From assembly GCA_045650355.1 (NCBI GenBank), contig JAZRRC010000106.1:1-52441 (forward strand): 52,441 nt of DNA, given 5' to 3'. Shown here piece by piece: positions 1 through 8,714 of this stretch. Made by a program: the position numbers and the translations under genes. This DNA comes from Candidatus Avispirillum sp. GTDB lineage: Bacteria; Bacillota; Clostridia; Oscillospirales; CAG-272. Numbering within the stretch: position 1 is the first letter of the stretch; each line of letters starts with the position of its first letter. The notes under the pieces were generated by a model. That model saw only the letters and a program-made list of their open reading frames with translations, was not told where the DNA came from and did not search any database.

Positions 1-89
1 TTCGTCTTACCTTCAAACTCAAAATTTATCCCTCCTTCAAAAAAACTGTAAATTTACTTTAAAATAAGCTGCTACAACACTTTATAATG

Positions 90-118
90 TTGACAAAAAC
101 TGCGTATTGAGTTAAAAT
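90..118 (+). promoter_or_regulatory. sigma-A-type promoter upstream of parA
   Basis: TTGACA (90-95), 17-bp spacer, TAAAAT (113-118). Confidence 0.45.
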
Positions 119-125
119 ATAAGGT

Positions 126-941
126 ATGAATTTATCTTGGAATACATTCGGTAAAGGTACAGATACAACAATGGGAATACCTATAGTTATAACTTTTGCA
201 AATCAGAAAGGCGGCGTTGGTAAGACAACGTCTGCCGTTAATATAGCCGCTGCTGTCGGTGCTCTCGGATACAAGGTGCTCCTTTGCGACCTTGACCCTC
301 AGGGTAACGCAACAAGCGGATGCGGTGTCTCAAAGAAGTCTCTCCGCCATTCGGCATACGATGCTCTCATCGGTGCCTGCGACCCAAAGCTTGCAGTTTA
401 CAAAACTGATTTCCAGAATCTCTGGATAATCCCCTCCACAATCGATCTTGCAGGTGCGGAGATCGAGCTTATCGAGCAGGACGGACGCGAATACGCTTAC
501 AAGCGTATTATCGACGCAGTGGGCGAGGATTTCGACTTTGTCTTCACAGACTGTCCTCCTTCCCTCTCCATCCTCACCATCAACGCACTCTCCGCGGCAA
601 GCGGCGTCGTTATCCCCATGCAGTGCGAATACTACTCTCTCGAGGGTCTCTCTCAGCTTATGATCTCCATCAAGAAGGTCAAGCAGCTTTACAACCCCGA
701 GCTGACTATTACAGGTATTCTCATCACCATGTACAACGGCAGACTTAACCTCTCCGCTCACGTGCTCGGTGAGATCAAGAAGTATTACGCTGACAAGCTC
801 TTTAAGACAAGCGTTACAAGAAACGTTAAGCTTACCGAGGCGCCCAGCTTCGGCGAGCCTATCTATTACTACGATAAATATTCCAAGGGCTCTCTTGCTT
901 ATACAGAGATCGCAAAAGAGCTTATTTCAAGAGTTCTCTAA
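126..941 (+). CDS. parA: ParA/Soj chromosome-partitioning ATPase
   Basis: Deviant Walker A NQKGGVGKTTSAVN, then CDLDPQGNAT and DCPPSL; followed by parB. The internal ATG at 171 (MGIPIVITFANQKGG) may be the real start. Confidence 0.9.
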   Translation: MNLSWNTFGKGTDTTMGIPIVITFANQKGGVGKTTSAVNIAAAVGALGYKVLLCDLDPQGNATSGCGVSKKSLRHSAYDALIGACDPKLAVYKTDFQNLWIIPSTIDLAGAEIELIEQDGREYAYKRIIDAVGEDFDFVFTDCPPSLSILTINALSAASGVVIPMQCEYYSLEGLSQLMISIKKVKQLYNPELTITGILITMYNGRLNLSAHVLGEIKKYYADKLFKTSVTRNVKLTEAPSFGEPIYYYDKYSKGSLAYTEIAKELISRVL

Positions 942-956
942 AATTCGGAGTTAATT

Positions 957-1841
957 ATGGCAAAAAAAAGATCCCTTACAGAAGCTCGCGGACTTGACAA
1001 CCTCTTTTCCGAAAACGAGCGAACCCAAAGCGGCCAGGGTGTAACAAAGCTTCGCCTTTCCGACGTGGAGCCCAAGGCCGATCAGCCGAGAAAGGATTTC
1101 GATGAGGAGCTTCTCCAAAGCCTTGCTGAATCCATCTCCCAGAACGGAGTTCTTCAGCCCATCCTCGTTCGTCCCGCTCCCGGCGGAATGTATCAGATCA
1201 TCGCAGGTGAGCGCCGCTGGAGAGCGTCCAAGCTTGCAGGTCTTACAGAGATCCCCGCAATCGTTATGGAAGCAGACGAGCTTCACACAGCTGAGCTCGC
1301 TCTTATAGAAAACCTTCAGCGCGAAAACCTGAACCCCTATGAAGAGGCTGAGGCCTTCCGCATGCTTATGACAGGCTTTGACCTGACTCAGGAAGAGGTT
1401 TCCCTCCGCCTCGGAAAATCACGAAGCGCTGTTGCAAATGCGCTCAGACTTCTTGAGCTTCCCGAGTGCGTTGCTGTCTACCTTCGCAACGGTACTCTCT
1501 CCGCAGGACATTGCCGTGCCCTTCTCGGACTTAAAAACCGCGATGGCATCGCCGCTCTTGCAGACAGAGTTATTCAGAGAAATCTCTCCGTTCGCGAGAC
1601 CGAGGCACTTGTTAAGGCGCAGAACCGACAGGACAGCCAGAAGCCCAAGGCAGTTGAGCCTGAAACAGTTTCCGTTGACTACGTTGCAGAGCTTGAAAAG
1701 AAGTTCACAGGACTTTCCGGTCGCTACTGTAAGATCAAAACAAAGGGTGCAAGAAAGACCGTTACCATCGAGTACGGCGGCGAGGGCGACCTCGAGGCAC
1801 TTCTCTCCGCTATCTGCGGAACAAAAATCACCGAAGAGTAA
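957..1841 (+). CDS. parB: ParB/Spo0J partition protein
   Basis: ParB box IIAGERRWRASKLAG and HTH-like QEEVSLRLGKSRSAVANALRLL; GGAG Shine-Dalgarno 8 nt upstream; directly after parA. Confidence 0.9.
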   Translation: MAKKRSLTEARGLDNLFSENERTQSGQGVTKLRLSDVEPKADQPRKDFDEELLQSLAESISQNGVLQPILVRPAPGGMYQIIAGERRWRASKLAGLTEIPAIVMEADELHTAELALIENLQRENLNPYEEAEAFRMLMTGFDLTQEEVSLRLGKSRSAVANALRLLELPECVAVYLRNGTLSAGHCRALLGLKNRDGIAALADRVIQRNLSVRETEALVKAQNRQDSQKPKAVEPETVSVDYVAELEKKFTGLSGRYCKIKTKGARKTVTIEYGGEGDLEALLSAICGTKITEE

Positions 1842-1893
1842 AATCTTAAAATTATAAAAAATATTATCTAACATACATTTAGGAGTAAAAACA

Positions 1894-3186
1894 ATGCTTG
1901 ACATCAAACTTATCAGAGAAAATCCCGAAAACGTAATCGCTCGCCTTGCAGCTAAGGGCAAGGATGCCGCAGCTGAAATATACCGCATCGTAGAGCTTGA
2001 TACTCTCCGCCGTAACATGATCGCAGAAAACGATCAGAAGAAGGCTGAGCAGAACAGACAGTCTAAGCTCATCCCCCAGTACAAGAAGGAGGGCAAGGAT
2101 TGCACAGAGGTATTCGCAGCAATGAAGGCTCTCTCCGCTGAGGTTAAGGCAAACGATGAGAAGCTCGCTGAGATCGAAAACGAGTACAACACACTTATGC
2201 TCGGTCTCCCCAACCTTCCCGATGAGGACCTCAAGGCAGGCGGCAAGGAAAACAACGAGCCTATCCGCTACTTCGGCGATCCCCACGTATTCGACTTCGA
2301 GCCCAAGAACCACGTTGACCTTTGCACAAACCTCGGTCTTATCGACTACAAGAGAGGCGCAAAGCTTTCCGGTAACGGCTTCTGGATCTACCGCGGCTGG
2401 GGCGCTCGTCTTGAGTGGGCTCTTCTCAACTACTTCATCGATACTCACATCGCAGACGGCTACGAGTACGTTCTCGTTCCCCACATGCTCGGATACGAGT
2501 GCGGTCTCACAGCAGGTCAGTTCCCCAAGTTCCAGGACGAGGTTTACTGGCTTGAGGCTGCAGAGGACGAAAGAAAGAGATTCATGCTTCCCACAGCTGA
2601 AACTGCTCTCGTTTCTCTCCACCGCGATGAGATCCTTACAGAGGCTGATCTTCCCAGAAAGTATATCTCCTACACACCTTGCTTCAGACGCGAGGCAGGT
2701 TCCTACAGAGCTGACGAGCGCGGCATGGTAAGAGGCCACCAGTTCAACAAGGTTGAGATGGTTCAGTATACTCGCCCCGAGGGTTCCGACGCAGCATTCG
2801 AGGAGCTCGTTGGCAAGGCAGAGGCTCTCGTTAAGGGTCTCGGCTTCCACTTCAGAACAGTTAAGCTCGCAGCAGCAGACTGCTCCGCTTCCATGGCAAG
2901 AACATACGATATCGAGATCCACATCCCCTCCATGGACGGCTACAAGGAGGTTTCCTCCGTTTCCAACGCACGCGACTATCAGGCTCGCCGCGGCTCCATC
3001 AGATTTAAGAGAGACGGCTCCAACAAGACTGAGTTCGTTCACACTCTTAACGGTTCCGGCCTTGCAACAAGCCGTATCCTTCCCGCTATCGTTGAGCAGA
3101 ATCAGAACGCTGACGGCAGCGTAACAGTTCCCGAGGTTCTCCGCAAGTATCTCGGCGTTGACGTTCTCACAAAGGACATGAGATAA
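1894..3186 (+). CDS. serS: seryl-tRNA synthetase
   Basis: 430 aa. N-terminal coiled-coil arm; class II motifs FRREAGS, GHQFNKVEM and TLNGSGLATSR; AGGAG Shine-Dalgarno. Confidence 0.95.
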   Translation: MLDIKLIRENPENVIARLAAKGKDAAAEIYRIVELDTLRRNMIAENDQKKAEQNRQSKLIPQYKKEGKDCTEVFAAMKALSAEVKANDEKLAEIENEYNTLMLGLPNLPDEDLKAGGKENNEPIRYFGDPHVFDFEPKNHVDLCTNLGLIDYKRGAKLSGNGFWIYRGWGARLEWALLNYFIDTHIADGYEYVLVPHMLGYECGLTAGQFPKFQDEVYWLEAAEDERKRFMLPTAETALVSLHRDEILTEADLPRKYISYTPCFRREAGSYRADERGMVRGHQFNKVEMVQYTRPEGSDAAFEELVGKAEALVKGLGFHFRTVKLAAADCSASMARTYDIEIHIPSMDGYKEVSSVSNARDYQARRGSIRFKRDGSNKTEFVHTLNGSGLATSRILPAIVEQNQNADGSVTVPEVLRKYLGVDVLTKDMR

Positions 3187-3758
3187 TGTTTGATCTCAAA
3201 ACCTACTACCAAAATTTTGCCCTCGACAATGAAACGGTGTCTCTCACCGTCATTGTCTGGGCTATATGCATCGGTCTTGCTCTCGGCACTATCTTCTATA
3301 CCTTTTCAAGACACAGTGCTTCCCGCATCGTGAAATTGCTTGCAAAGGGAAACCACAGCTCCGCAGATAAAGCAGTCTCCCTTTCCGACCTCGGTCTTCG
3401 AGCAGGATTTATTCTTAAAAAAAGCCTTGGCGAAGATCAGCCCCTCAGAAAATACATTCTCATGACAAACGAGGATGAATGTACTATCGAAAGAAAAAAG
3501 GGCTTTTGGAACGCAGTCTACCGCTTCTTCAGAGGCGAGGACCTTCCCAAAAAGTACGATTTTTCAAAGGCTATGCTTTATCTTCCCGACGATGCCCGCA
3601 TTACTGCCGAGGCCCGTTACGAAACGAAGGGCTCTCCCTACGTTACAGCGCTTATCTTCTCTGTTCTTTTCATTCTCTGCGCTGTGGGAATCTCCTTCTG
3701 TCTCCCCAAGCTTCTCGAGCTTGTGGACTCCATGATCACCGCTTATAAAAACCTCTGA
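3186..3758 (+). CDS. hypothetical membrane protein
   Basis: 190 aa. ATG overlaps the serS stop by 1 nt (TAATG). Hydrophobic helices near both termini. No family recognised. Confidence 0.6.
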   Translation: MFDLKTYYQNFALDNETVSLTVIVWAICIGLALGTIFYTFSRHSASRIVKLLAKGNHSSADKAVSLSDLGLRAGFILKKSLGEDQPLRKYILMTNEDECTIERKKGFWNAVYRFFRGEDLPKKYDFSKAMLYLPDDARITAEARYETKGSPYVTALIFSVLFILCAVGISFCLPKLLELVDSMITAYKNL

Positions 3759-3817
3759 TACCGTCAGGACACATTCGTGCCCTGCGGCACGAATGCAAAG
3801 AAAGGAACACTATCAGT

Positions 3818-4660
3818 ATGGCAAAAGTTAAAAGCAGAAAAATGAAAAACAGTGTTTCTGCAAAAACCAATATTATACTGACCGCAGTCTGTGCGGCTCT
3901 GGCTATCGTTATCCTTCTTGTTGTTCTGTATCTGTGCGGACTTCGCTACGTTAAGTATAATTTTCCCGACGGCTTTTCCGTTAAATTCGTCGGTGTTACC
4001 GATCTTTCCGGATATCCGAAATCAGGAAAGATCTCATACAGCGGAAACGATGAGGTCAAGGGCCTTACCGCAACGATAAACTCTGAAAAGGGAACTATCG
4101 AATATTCCAACGGTGACGTTTACACCGGTGATATGCAGGACCTTGTCAAGCACGGAAAGGGCAAGCTTGTATACGAAAACGGTGACGTTTACGAGGGCAC
4201 CTTTATTGCAGACAAGCCCAGCGGCGAGGGCGTGCTTACCTTCGCTAACGGTGACCGCTACGTCGGAAGCTTTGAAAAAGGCAAGAGAAGCGGCATCGGC
4301 ACCTATACCTATGCAGACGGCTCCAAATATGAAGGCGAGTTTGCAAACGGAATGCTCAACGGTGAGGGTACGTTTACAGCCCACGACGGCGCAACCTACG
4401 TTGGCACCTACAAAAACAATCTTAAGCACGGCAGCGGTGTTTACACCTATAACGACGGTTCTGTTTACGAGGGTGAATTTGCCGATGATATGAAGAGCGG
4501 CAAGGGCACCTACACCTATGCAAACGGTGAAACCTACAAGGGTGAGTTCCGAAATAACGCCCCCTGGGGCAAGGGCACCTACACATGGCCCGACGGAAGA
4601 GTTTACACAGGCTATTTCGAGGACGGTCTCCCTGTCAGAATCGATGACACAGAAAACTGA
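3818..4660 (+). CDS. membrane-anchored MORN-repeat protein
   Basis: N-terminal TM helix, then seven consecutive 23-aa repeats of the form YxGxFxxxxxxGxGxxTxxDGxx (for example YEGEFANGMLNGEGTFTAHDGAT). Confidence 0.8.
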   Translation: MAKVKSRKMKNSVSAKTNIILTAVCAALAIVILLVVLYLCGLRYVKYNFPDGFSVKFVGVTDLSGYPKSGKISYSGNDEVKGLTATINSEKGTIEYSNGDVYTGDMQDLVKHGKGKLVYENGDVYEGTFIADKPSGEGVLTFANGDRYVGSFEKGKRSGIGTYTYADGSKYEGEFANGMLNGEGTFTAHDGATYVGTYKNNLKHGSGVYTYNDGSVYEGEFADDMKSGKGTYTYANGETYKGEFRNNAPWGKGTYTWPDGRVYTGYFEDGLPVRIDDTEN

Positions 4661-4684
4661 AATTTATTGAATTAAAGGTAAACC

Positions 4685-5263
4685 ATGAAAAACAGATATC
4701 TTAGAATTGTATCAGCATTACTTCTTCTCTGTATGGTGAGCTGCGCCCTGCTCACCTCATGCTCACCCGCATACGACGAATACCATACGGATGAGCACAT
4801 GTCTGCCAGCGGCATAGTAGGCGGCAAGGGAGCTAATGCATATTTGTTCCTTCTTGAGGACGAAAGTGCTGTTATGGATATTTGCCGCAGAAACGGAAAG
4901 CTTATCCAGAGAATTGAGCTTGGCACCACAGGCGACTATTATACAAGCCTTGACTTTGACTACGCCTTTTTCAACACAGTCTTTCAGGATATGAACTTCG
5001 ACGGTTATCTTGATCTCTATATTCCCTGCTCTGTTACAACAGCAAACCTTGAAGGAATGGCATGGCTTTGGGACACAGCTAAAAAGGAATTCGTTCTTTC
5101 CAAGGAGCTTTCCGCACTTTACGAGCTTACTGTTGTCTCAAAGGATAAGCTTATCAAAAGCATTGACTATCTGCATCCCGAGGGTCCTTACTGCACCGAA
5201 TATAAGTGGGAAGGCGAAAAGCTTACCAAGGTGAACGAATATATCGTCACCCCCGGCGAATAA
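4685..5263 (+). CDS. putative lipoprotein, unknown function
   Basis: Signal peptide with a lipobox-like LLTSC; AAGG Shine-Dalgarno upstream; 192 aa. Confidence 0.65.
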   Translation: MKNRYLRIVSALLLLCMVSCALLTSCSPAYDEYHTDEHMSASGIVGGKGANAYLFLLEDESAVMDICRRNGKLIQRIELGTTGDYYTSLDFDYAFFNTVFQDMNFDGYLDLYIPCSVTTANLEGMAWLWDTAKKEFVLSKELSALYELTVVSKDKLIKSIDYLHPEGPYCTEYKWEGEKLTKVNEYIVTPGE

Positions 5264-5289
5264 AATAAGTAAAAAAAGAAGGGCAACAT

Positions 5290-5484
5290 ATGAAATTTAT
5301 TGAATATTTTTTCGTTATTGCCTTAAGTCTGGCAATAGCCTGCGGATTCATCTTCTTCTGGCACACCTGGAATAAGACCCGCTCCCGCCTCGCTCTTGTG
5401 CTGGCTATCGTTACCACGGTGCTTGTCAGCGTTATCATCGCATTCTGCCTTGCAACGCTGATCATTTACCTCTTTAGTCTGTAA
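5290..5484 (+). CDS. small two-helix membrane protein (hypothetical)
   Basis: 64 aa with two hydrophobic helices; GAAGGG Shine-Dalgarno 7 nt before the ATG. Confidence 0.45.
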   Translation: MKFIEYFFVIALSLAIACGFIFFWHTWNKTRSRLALVLAIVTTVLVSVIIAFCLATLIIYLFSL

Positions 5485-5511
5485 CTTTAAATCCACGAAA
5501 GCATTAAAACT

Positions 5512-6315
5512 ATGTTTGAAATCAAAATCAATCTTAACAAGAAAAAAATCAAAAATAAAATAAAATCAGCAGCAGATAAGGTCATTCCCGAGTCTGTAAA
5601 GACCTTGGCAAAGGAAACTGCGGCAAAGGTTATTCCCGAGCCTGTCAAGGAATTTGCAAAAGAGGCTTCACAGGATATCGATGCTATCTGCGAGCGTGAC
5701 CCCGCTGTTAAAAGCCGTGCCGAGGCTGCGCTTCTCTACTCAGGCTTCCATGCAATTATGGCATACAGACTTGCACACAAGCTTTATGAGAAGGAGCATT
5801 TCACCTCTGCCCGCTTTGTTTCTCAGGGCGCACGCTTTCTGACCGGTATTGAGATCCACCCCGGTGCGACAATCGGCAAGGGCCTCTTTATCGACCACGG
5901 AAGCGGAGTTGTTATCGGAGAAACTACTATTATCGGTGATAACTGTACTCTTTATCAGGGAGTTACCCTTGGCGGTACAGGCAAGGATACAGGCAAGCGT
6001 CACCCCACTCTCGGCGACAACGTTATGGTTGGCGCAGGAGCGAAGGTGCTCGGCAACTTCACTGTCGGCTCAAACACTAAGATCGCTGCAGGTGCAGTTG
6101 TTCTCGGTCCTGTTCCCGAAAATTCAACTGCAGTAGGTATTCCCGCTCACGTCGTTCGCAAGGAAGGCAAGAAGGTCAGCGGTGTCGACCTTGACCAGGT
6201 TCATATTCCCGACCCTGTTTCTCAGGAGCTTTGCAATGTTTCACGCAGAATGATCGCACTTGAAAAGAAGCTTGCTGCCCTTGAGGAAAAGGTAGAGGAT
6301 AAGGCAGATGAATAA
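5512..6315 (+). CDS. cysE: serine O-acetyltransferase with an unusual N-terminal extension
   Basis: ERDPAVKSRAEAALLYSGFHAI, GIEIHPGATIGKGLFIDHGSGVVIGETTIIGDNCTLYQGVTLGG and hexapeptide repeats. No in-frame ATG/GTG/TTG between 5512 and the catalytic core. Confidence 0.9.
   Translation: MFEIKINLNKKKIKNKIKSAADKVIPESVKTLAKETAAKVIPEPVKEFAKEASQDIDAICERDPAVKSRAEAALLYSGFHAIMAYRLAHKLYEKEHFTSARFVSQGARFLTGIEIHPGATIGKGLFIDHGSGVVIGETTIIGDNCTLYQGVTLGGTGKDTGKRHPTLGDNVMVGAGAKVLGNFTVGSNTKIAAGAVVLGPVPENSTAVGIPAHVVRKEGKKVSGVDLDQVHIPDPVSQELCNVSRRMIALEKKLAALEEKVEDKADE
5578..5673 (+). repeat. 2 x 48-bp tandem duplication inside the cysE N-terminal extension
   Basis: AAGGTCATTCCCGAG... (5578-5625) against AAGGTTATTCCCGAG... 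(5626-5673). They encode KVIPESVKTLAKETAA and KVIPEPVKEFAKEASQ. Confidence 0.8.
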
Positions 6316-7279
6316 TCAGTTCACTCCTCATTATTGCCACAAATGCGGTGCGAAGGCATTCAACTCTGCCGAATTCTGTATGGCTTGCGGAACACGTCTT
6401 ATAAAATTCCAGCAGCCCATGCAGGCAGCTCAGCAGCAAAAAAAGCCTTCAAAGATAAGCAGCTTTTTGCTCGCTCTTGCAAAGTGTCTCGGATACTACG
6501 GATTTTTCTTGGGAATACAGACCGTGGTTTCAACGATAGCGTTGATAGCAGTAACTATCTTCAGCCGGCAAGACCCAGACGGAGCCTTCCAGATATATTT
6601 ATCCTATATTCATGAAATAGGATTAGTATCGGGCATCCTTACACTGGTAGGATACTTCTTATTCTTTAAGATAATAAAAAAGAGCTTTGCGAAGGAAACC
6701 TCATTGAAGCCCATAAGCCTTGCATCTTCGGGCGCTATGGTGATTTTCGGATTTACCGCACAGATCATCATAGGTACTCTTCTTGCGTTGTTCTATGCAA
6801 TCTTTTCCTCCGGCAACGATAACTCCAACGAGGCGGTTGAGATGCTTTTTGAAAACGGCAACGTTATATTTCAGTTTCTGAACGTTTCAATCCTCACGGG
6901 TATTCTTGAGGAGGTTGTCTTCCGAGGACTTATTCATACGACCCTTAAAAAGGTTTTACCCCTCCCCCTTGCAATTTTTCTTTCCTCCGTTTTCTTCGGA
7001 GCAGCACATATGAATCTCGAGCAGTTTTTCTATGCGTCGCTCCTCGGAGTGCTCCTTGCTCTTGTTTATGAAAGGACAGGATCCCTTGTCGCTCCCATTC
7101 TTATTCATATGTCATTCAACGGTTCGAATTTCTTGACCTCATATCTGAATTTCGAAAGCGATCTTGCATATATTGCGATTTTCTTTGCTTGCACCGGTCT
7201 CTTCCTTATTACTGCAGGAATGATCTTCTTTACAAGCAAGAAACCTGAAAACAGCTTAAATACAACTAAGGAAAACTAA
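6308..7279 (+). CDS. CPBP (CAAX-type) intramembrane protease with N-terminal zinc ribbon
   Basis: CHKCG-x12-CMACG at the N-terminus, multiple TM helices, and motifs EEVVFRGL, FGAAHM and HMSFN. Overlaps the cysE stop by 8 nt and ends 1 nt before cysS. Confidence 0.8.
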   Translation: MNNQFTPHYCHKCGAKAFNSAEFCMACGTRLIKFQQPMQAAQQQKKPSKISSFLLALAKCLGYYGFFLGIQTVVSTIALIAVTIFSRQDPDGAFQIYLSYIHEIGLVSGILTLVGYFLFFKIIKKSFAKETSLKPISLASSGAMVIFGFTAQIIIGTLLALFYAIFSSGNDNSNEAVEMLFENGNVIFQFLNVSILTGILEEVVFRGLIHTTLKKVLPLPLAIFLSSVFFGAAHMNLEQFFYASLLGVLLALVYERTGSLVAPILIHMSFNGSNFLTSYLNFESDLAYIAIFFACTGLFLITAGMIFFTSKKPENSLNTTKEN

Positions 7280-7280
7280 A

Positions 7281-8702
7281 ATGAAACTCTACAACACACT
7301 CACTCACCAGAAAGACGAATTTGTACCCAACGAGCCCGGCAAGGTGTCCATGTACACCTGCGGCCCCACGGTTTACCATTTCGCTCACATCGGAAACCTC
7401 CGTACCTACATCATGGAGGACATCCTTGACAGATACCTCCGCTACTCCGGCTACGAGGTTAAGCGCGTTATGAACATCACAGACGTTGGTCACCTCACAA
7501 GCGATGCAGACGAGGGCGAGGACAAGATGCTCAAGGGCGCAAAGCGCGAAAAGAAGACAGTTATGGAGATCGCTCAGTTCTATACTGACGCTTTCTTTGA
7601 GGACTGCAAGAAGCTGAACATCAGAAAGCCTGAGGTAGTTGCTCCCGCAACTCAGTGCATCGGCGAGTTCATCAAGGTAATCAAGAAGCTTATCGAAAAG
7701 GACTTCGCATACGAGGCAGGCGGAAATATTTACTTCGATACCTCCAAGCTTGAAAACTACTACGTTTTCCACAACTTCGAGGAGGAGGACCTCCAGGACG
7801 GTGTTCGTGAGGGCGTTGAGAAGGACGACAACAAGAGAAACAAGGCAGACTTCGTTCTCTGGTTCACAAAGTCCAAGTTTGACGATCAGGAGCTTAAGTG
7901 GAACAGCCCCTGGGGCGTTGGCTATCCCGGTTGGCACATCGAGTGCTCCTGCATCTCCATGAAGCATCTCGGCGAGCGCCTCGATATCCACTGCGGCGGT
8001 ATCGACAACGCATTCCCCCACCACACAAACGAGATCGCTCAGTCTGAGGCGTATCTCGGTCACAAGTGGTGCAACTTCTGGATGCACGTTCTCCACCTTA
8101 ACACAAACTCCGGTAAGATGAGTAAGTCCAGCGGTGAGTTCCTCACAGTTTCTCTTCTCGAGTCCAAGGGCTACGATCCCCTTGCATACCGCTACTTCTG
8201 CCTCCAGTCCCACTACCGCAAGTCTCTCGTGTTCACATACGAGAACCTTGACAATGCTTCTATTGCCTTCGAAAAGCTTATCGCGAGAATCGCAGCTCTC
8301 GATCCCAACGACGGCGAGGTAGATGCAGAAAAGTTCGACCTTCTCAAGAAGGGCTTCGTTGAGGCTATGGACAACGACCTTAACACATCCCTTGCAGTTA
8401 CAGCACTCTTCGACGTTCTCAAGGCAGACGCAAACGGCGCAACAAAGCTTGCCCTCATCGAGGACTTCGACCGTGTTCTCTGCCTCGACCTTGCAAAGAA
8501 GGCACAGGCAGTAAGAGAAGCAAACGCACTTTCAAACGCTGATCCCGAGCTCATCGCAAAGATCGAAGCTCTTATCGCAGAGCGTGCTGCAGCAAAGAAG
8601 GAAAGAAACTTTGCCCGCGCAGACGAGATCCGCGCAGAGCTTACAGCTATGGGCGTTATCCTTGAGGACACCAAGGAAGGCACAAAGTATAAGTTCGCTT
8701 GA
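7281..8702 (+). CDS. cysS: cysteinyl-tRNA synthetase
   Basis: HIGH-type FAHIGNLRTY, KMSKSSG and GWHIECS; 473 aa; AAGGA Shine-Dalgarno. Confidence 0.95.
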   Translation: MKLYNTLTHQKDEFVPNEPGKVSMYTCGPTVYHFAHIGNLRTYIMEDILDRYLRYSGYEVKRVMNITDVGHLTSDADEGEDKMLKGAKREKKTVMEIAQFYTDAFFEDCKKLNIRKPEVVAPATQCIGEFIKVIKKLIEKDFAYEAGGNIYFDTSKLENYYVFHNFEEEDLQDGVREGVEKDDNKRNKADFVLWFTKSKFDDQELKWNSPWGVGYPGWHIECSCISMKHLGERLDIHCGGIDNAFPHHTNEIAQSEAYLGHKWCNFWMHVLHLNTNSGKMSKSSGEFLTVSLLESKGYDPLAYRYFCLQSHYRKSLVFTYENLDNASIAFEKLIARIAALDPNDGEVDAEKFDLLKKGFVEAMDNDLNTSLAVTALFDVLKADANGATKLALIEDFDRVLCLDLAKKAQAVREANALSNADPELIAKIEALIAERAAAKKERNFARADEIRAELTAMGVILEDTKEGTKYKFA

Positions 8703-8714
8703 TGGGGATGATTT

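Noticed and set aside
1-38. A possible start of a divergent minus-strand gene (GAAGGAGGG followed by TTG at 22-20) at the left edge.
   Set aside because: At most seven codons lie inside the window, so it cannot be evaluated.
1842-1893. Possible T-box leaders upstream of serS, cysE and cysS.
   Set aside because: The spacers are too short (52 nt before serS, 1 nt before cysS). The 5264-5511 region lacks any T-box-like conserved sequence.
1879-3042. A 387-aa antisense ORF opposite serS. Similar shadows occur at 330-761, 1419-2018, 7266-8213, 10015-10872, 16131-16817, 18870-20183, 21440-21970, 24431-25285, 25436-26767, 29754-31238, 32783-33562, 34180-34860, 42835-43557, 46439-47305, 47792-48274 and 49279-50214.
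   Set aside because: All are codon-aligned with a clearly identified sense gene (offsets are multiples of 3). They are explained by codon bias and have no motifs or ribosome-binding sites.
6237-6245. parS-like half-sites: TGTTTCACG here and CGTGAAAC at 31535-31542.
   Set aside because: Only half of the 16-bp TGTTNCACGTGAAACA palindrome is present in each case. I found no complete parS in the window despite the presence of parAB.
7121-7129. GGTTCGAAT, which resembles a tRNA T-arm.
   Set aside because: It lies inside the CPBP protease coding frame (NGSNF). No acceptor, D or anticodon stems can be drawn around it. I found no tRNA in the window.
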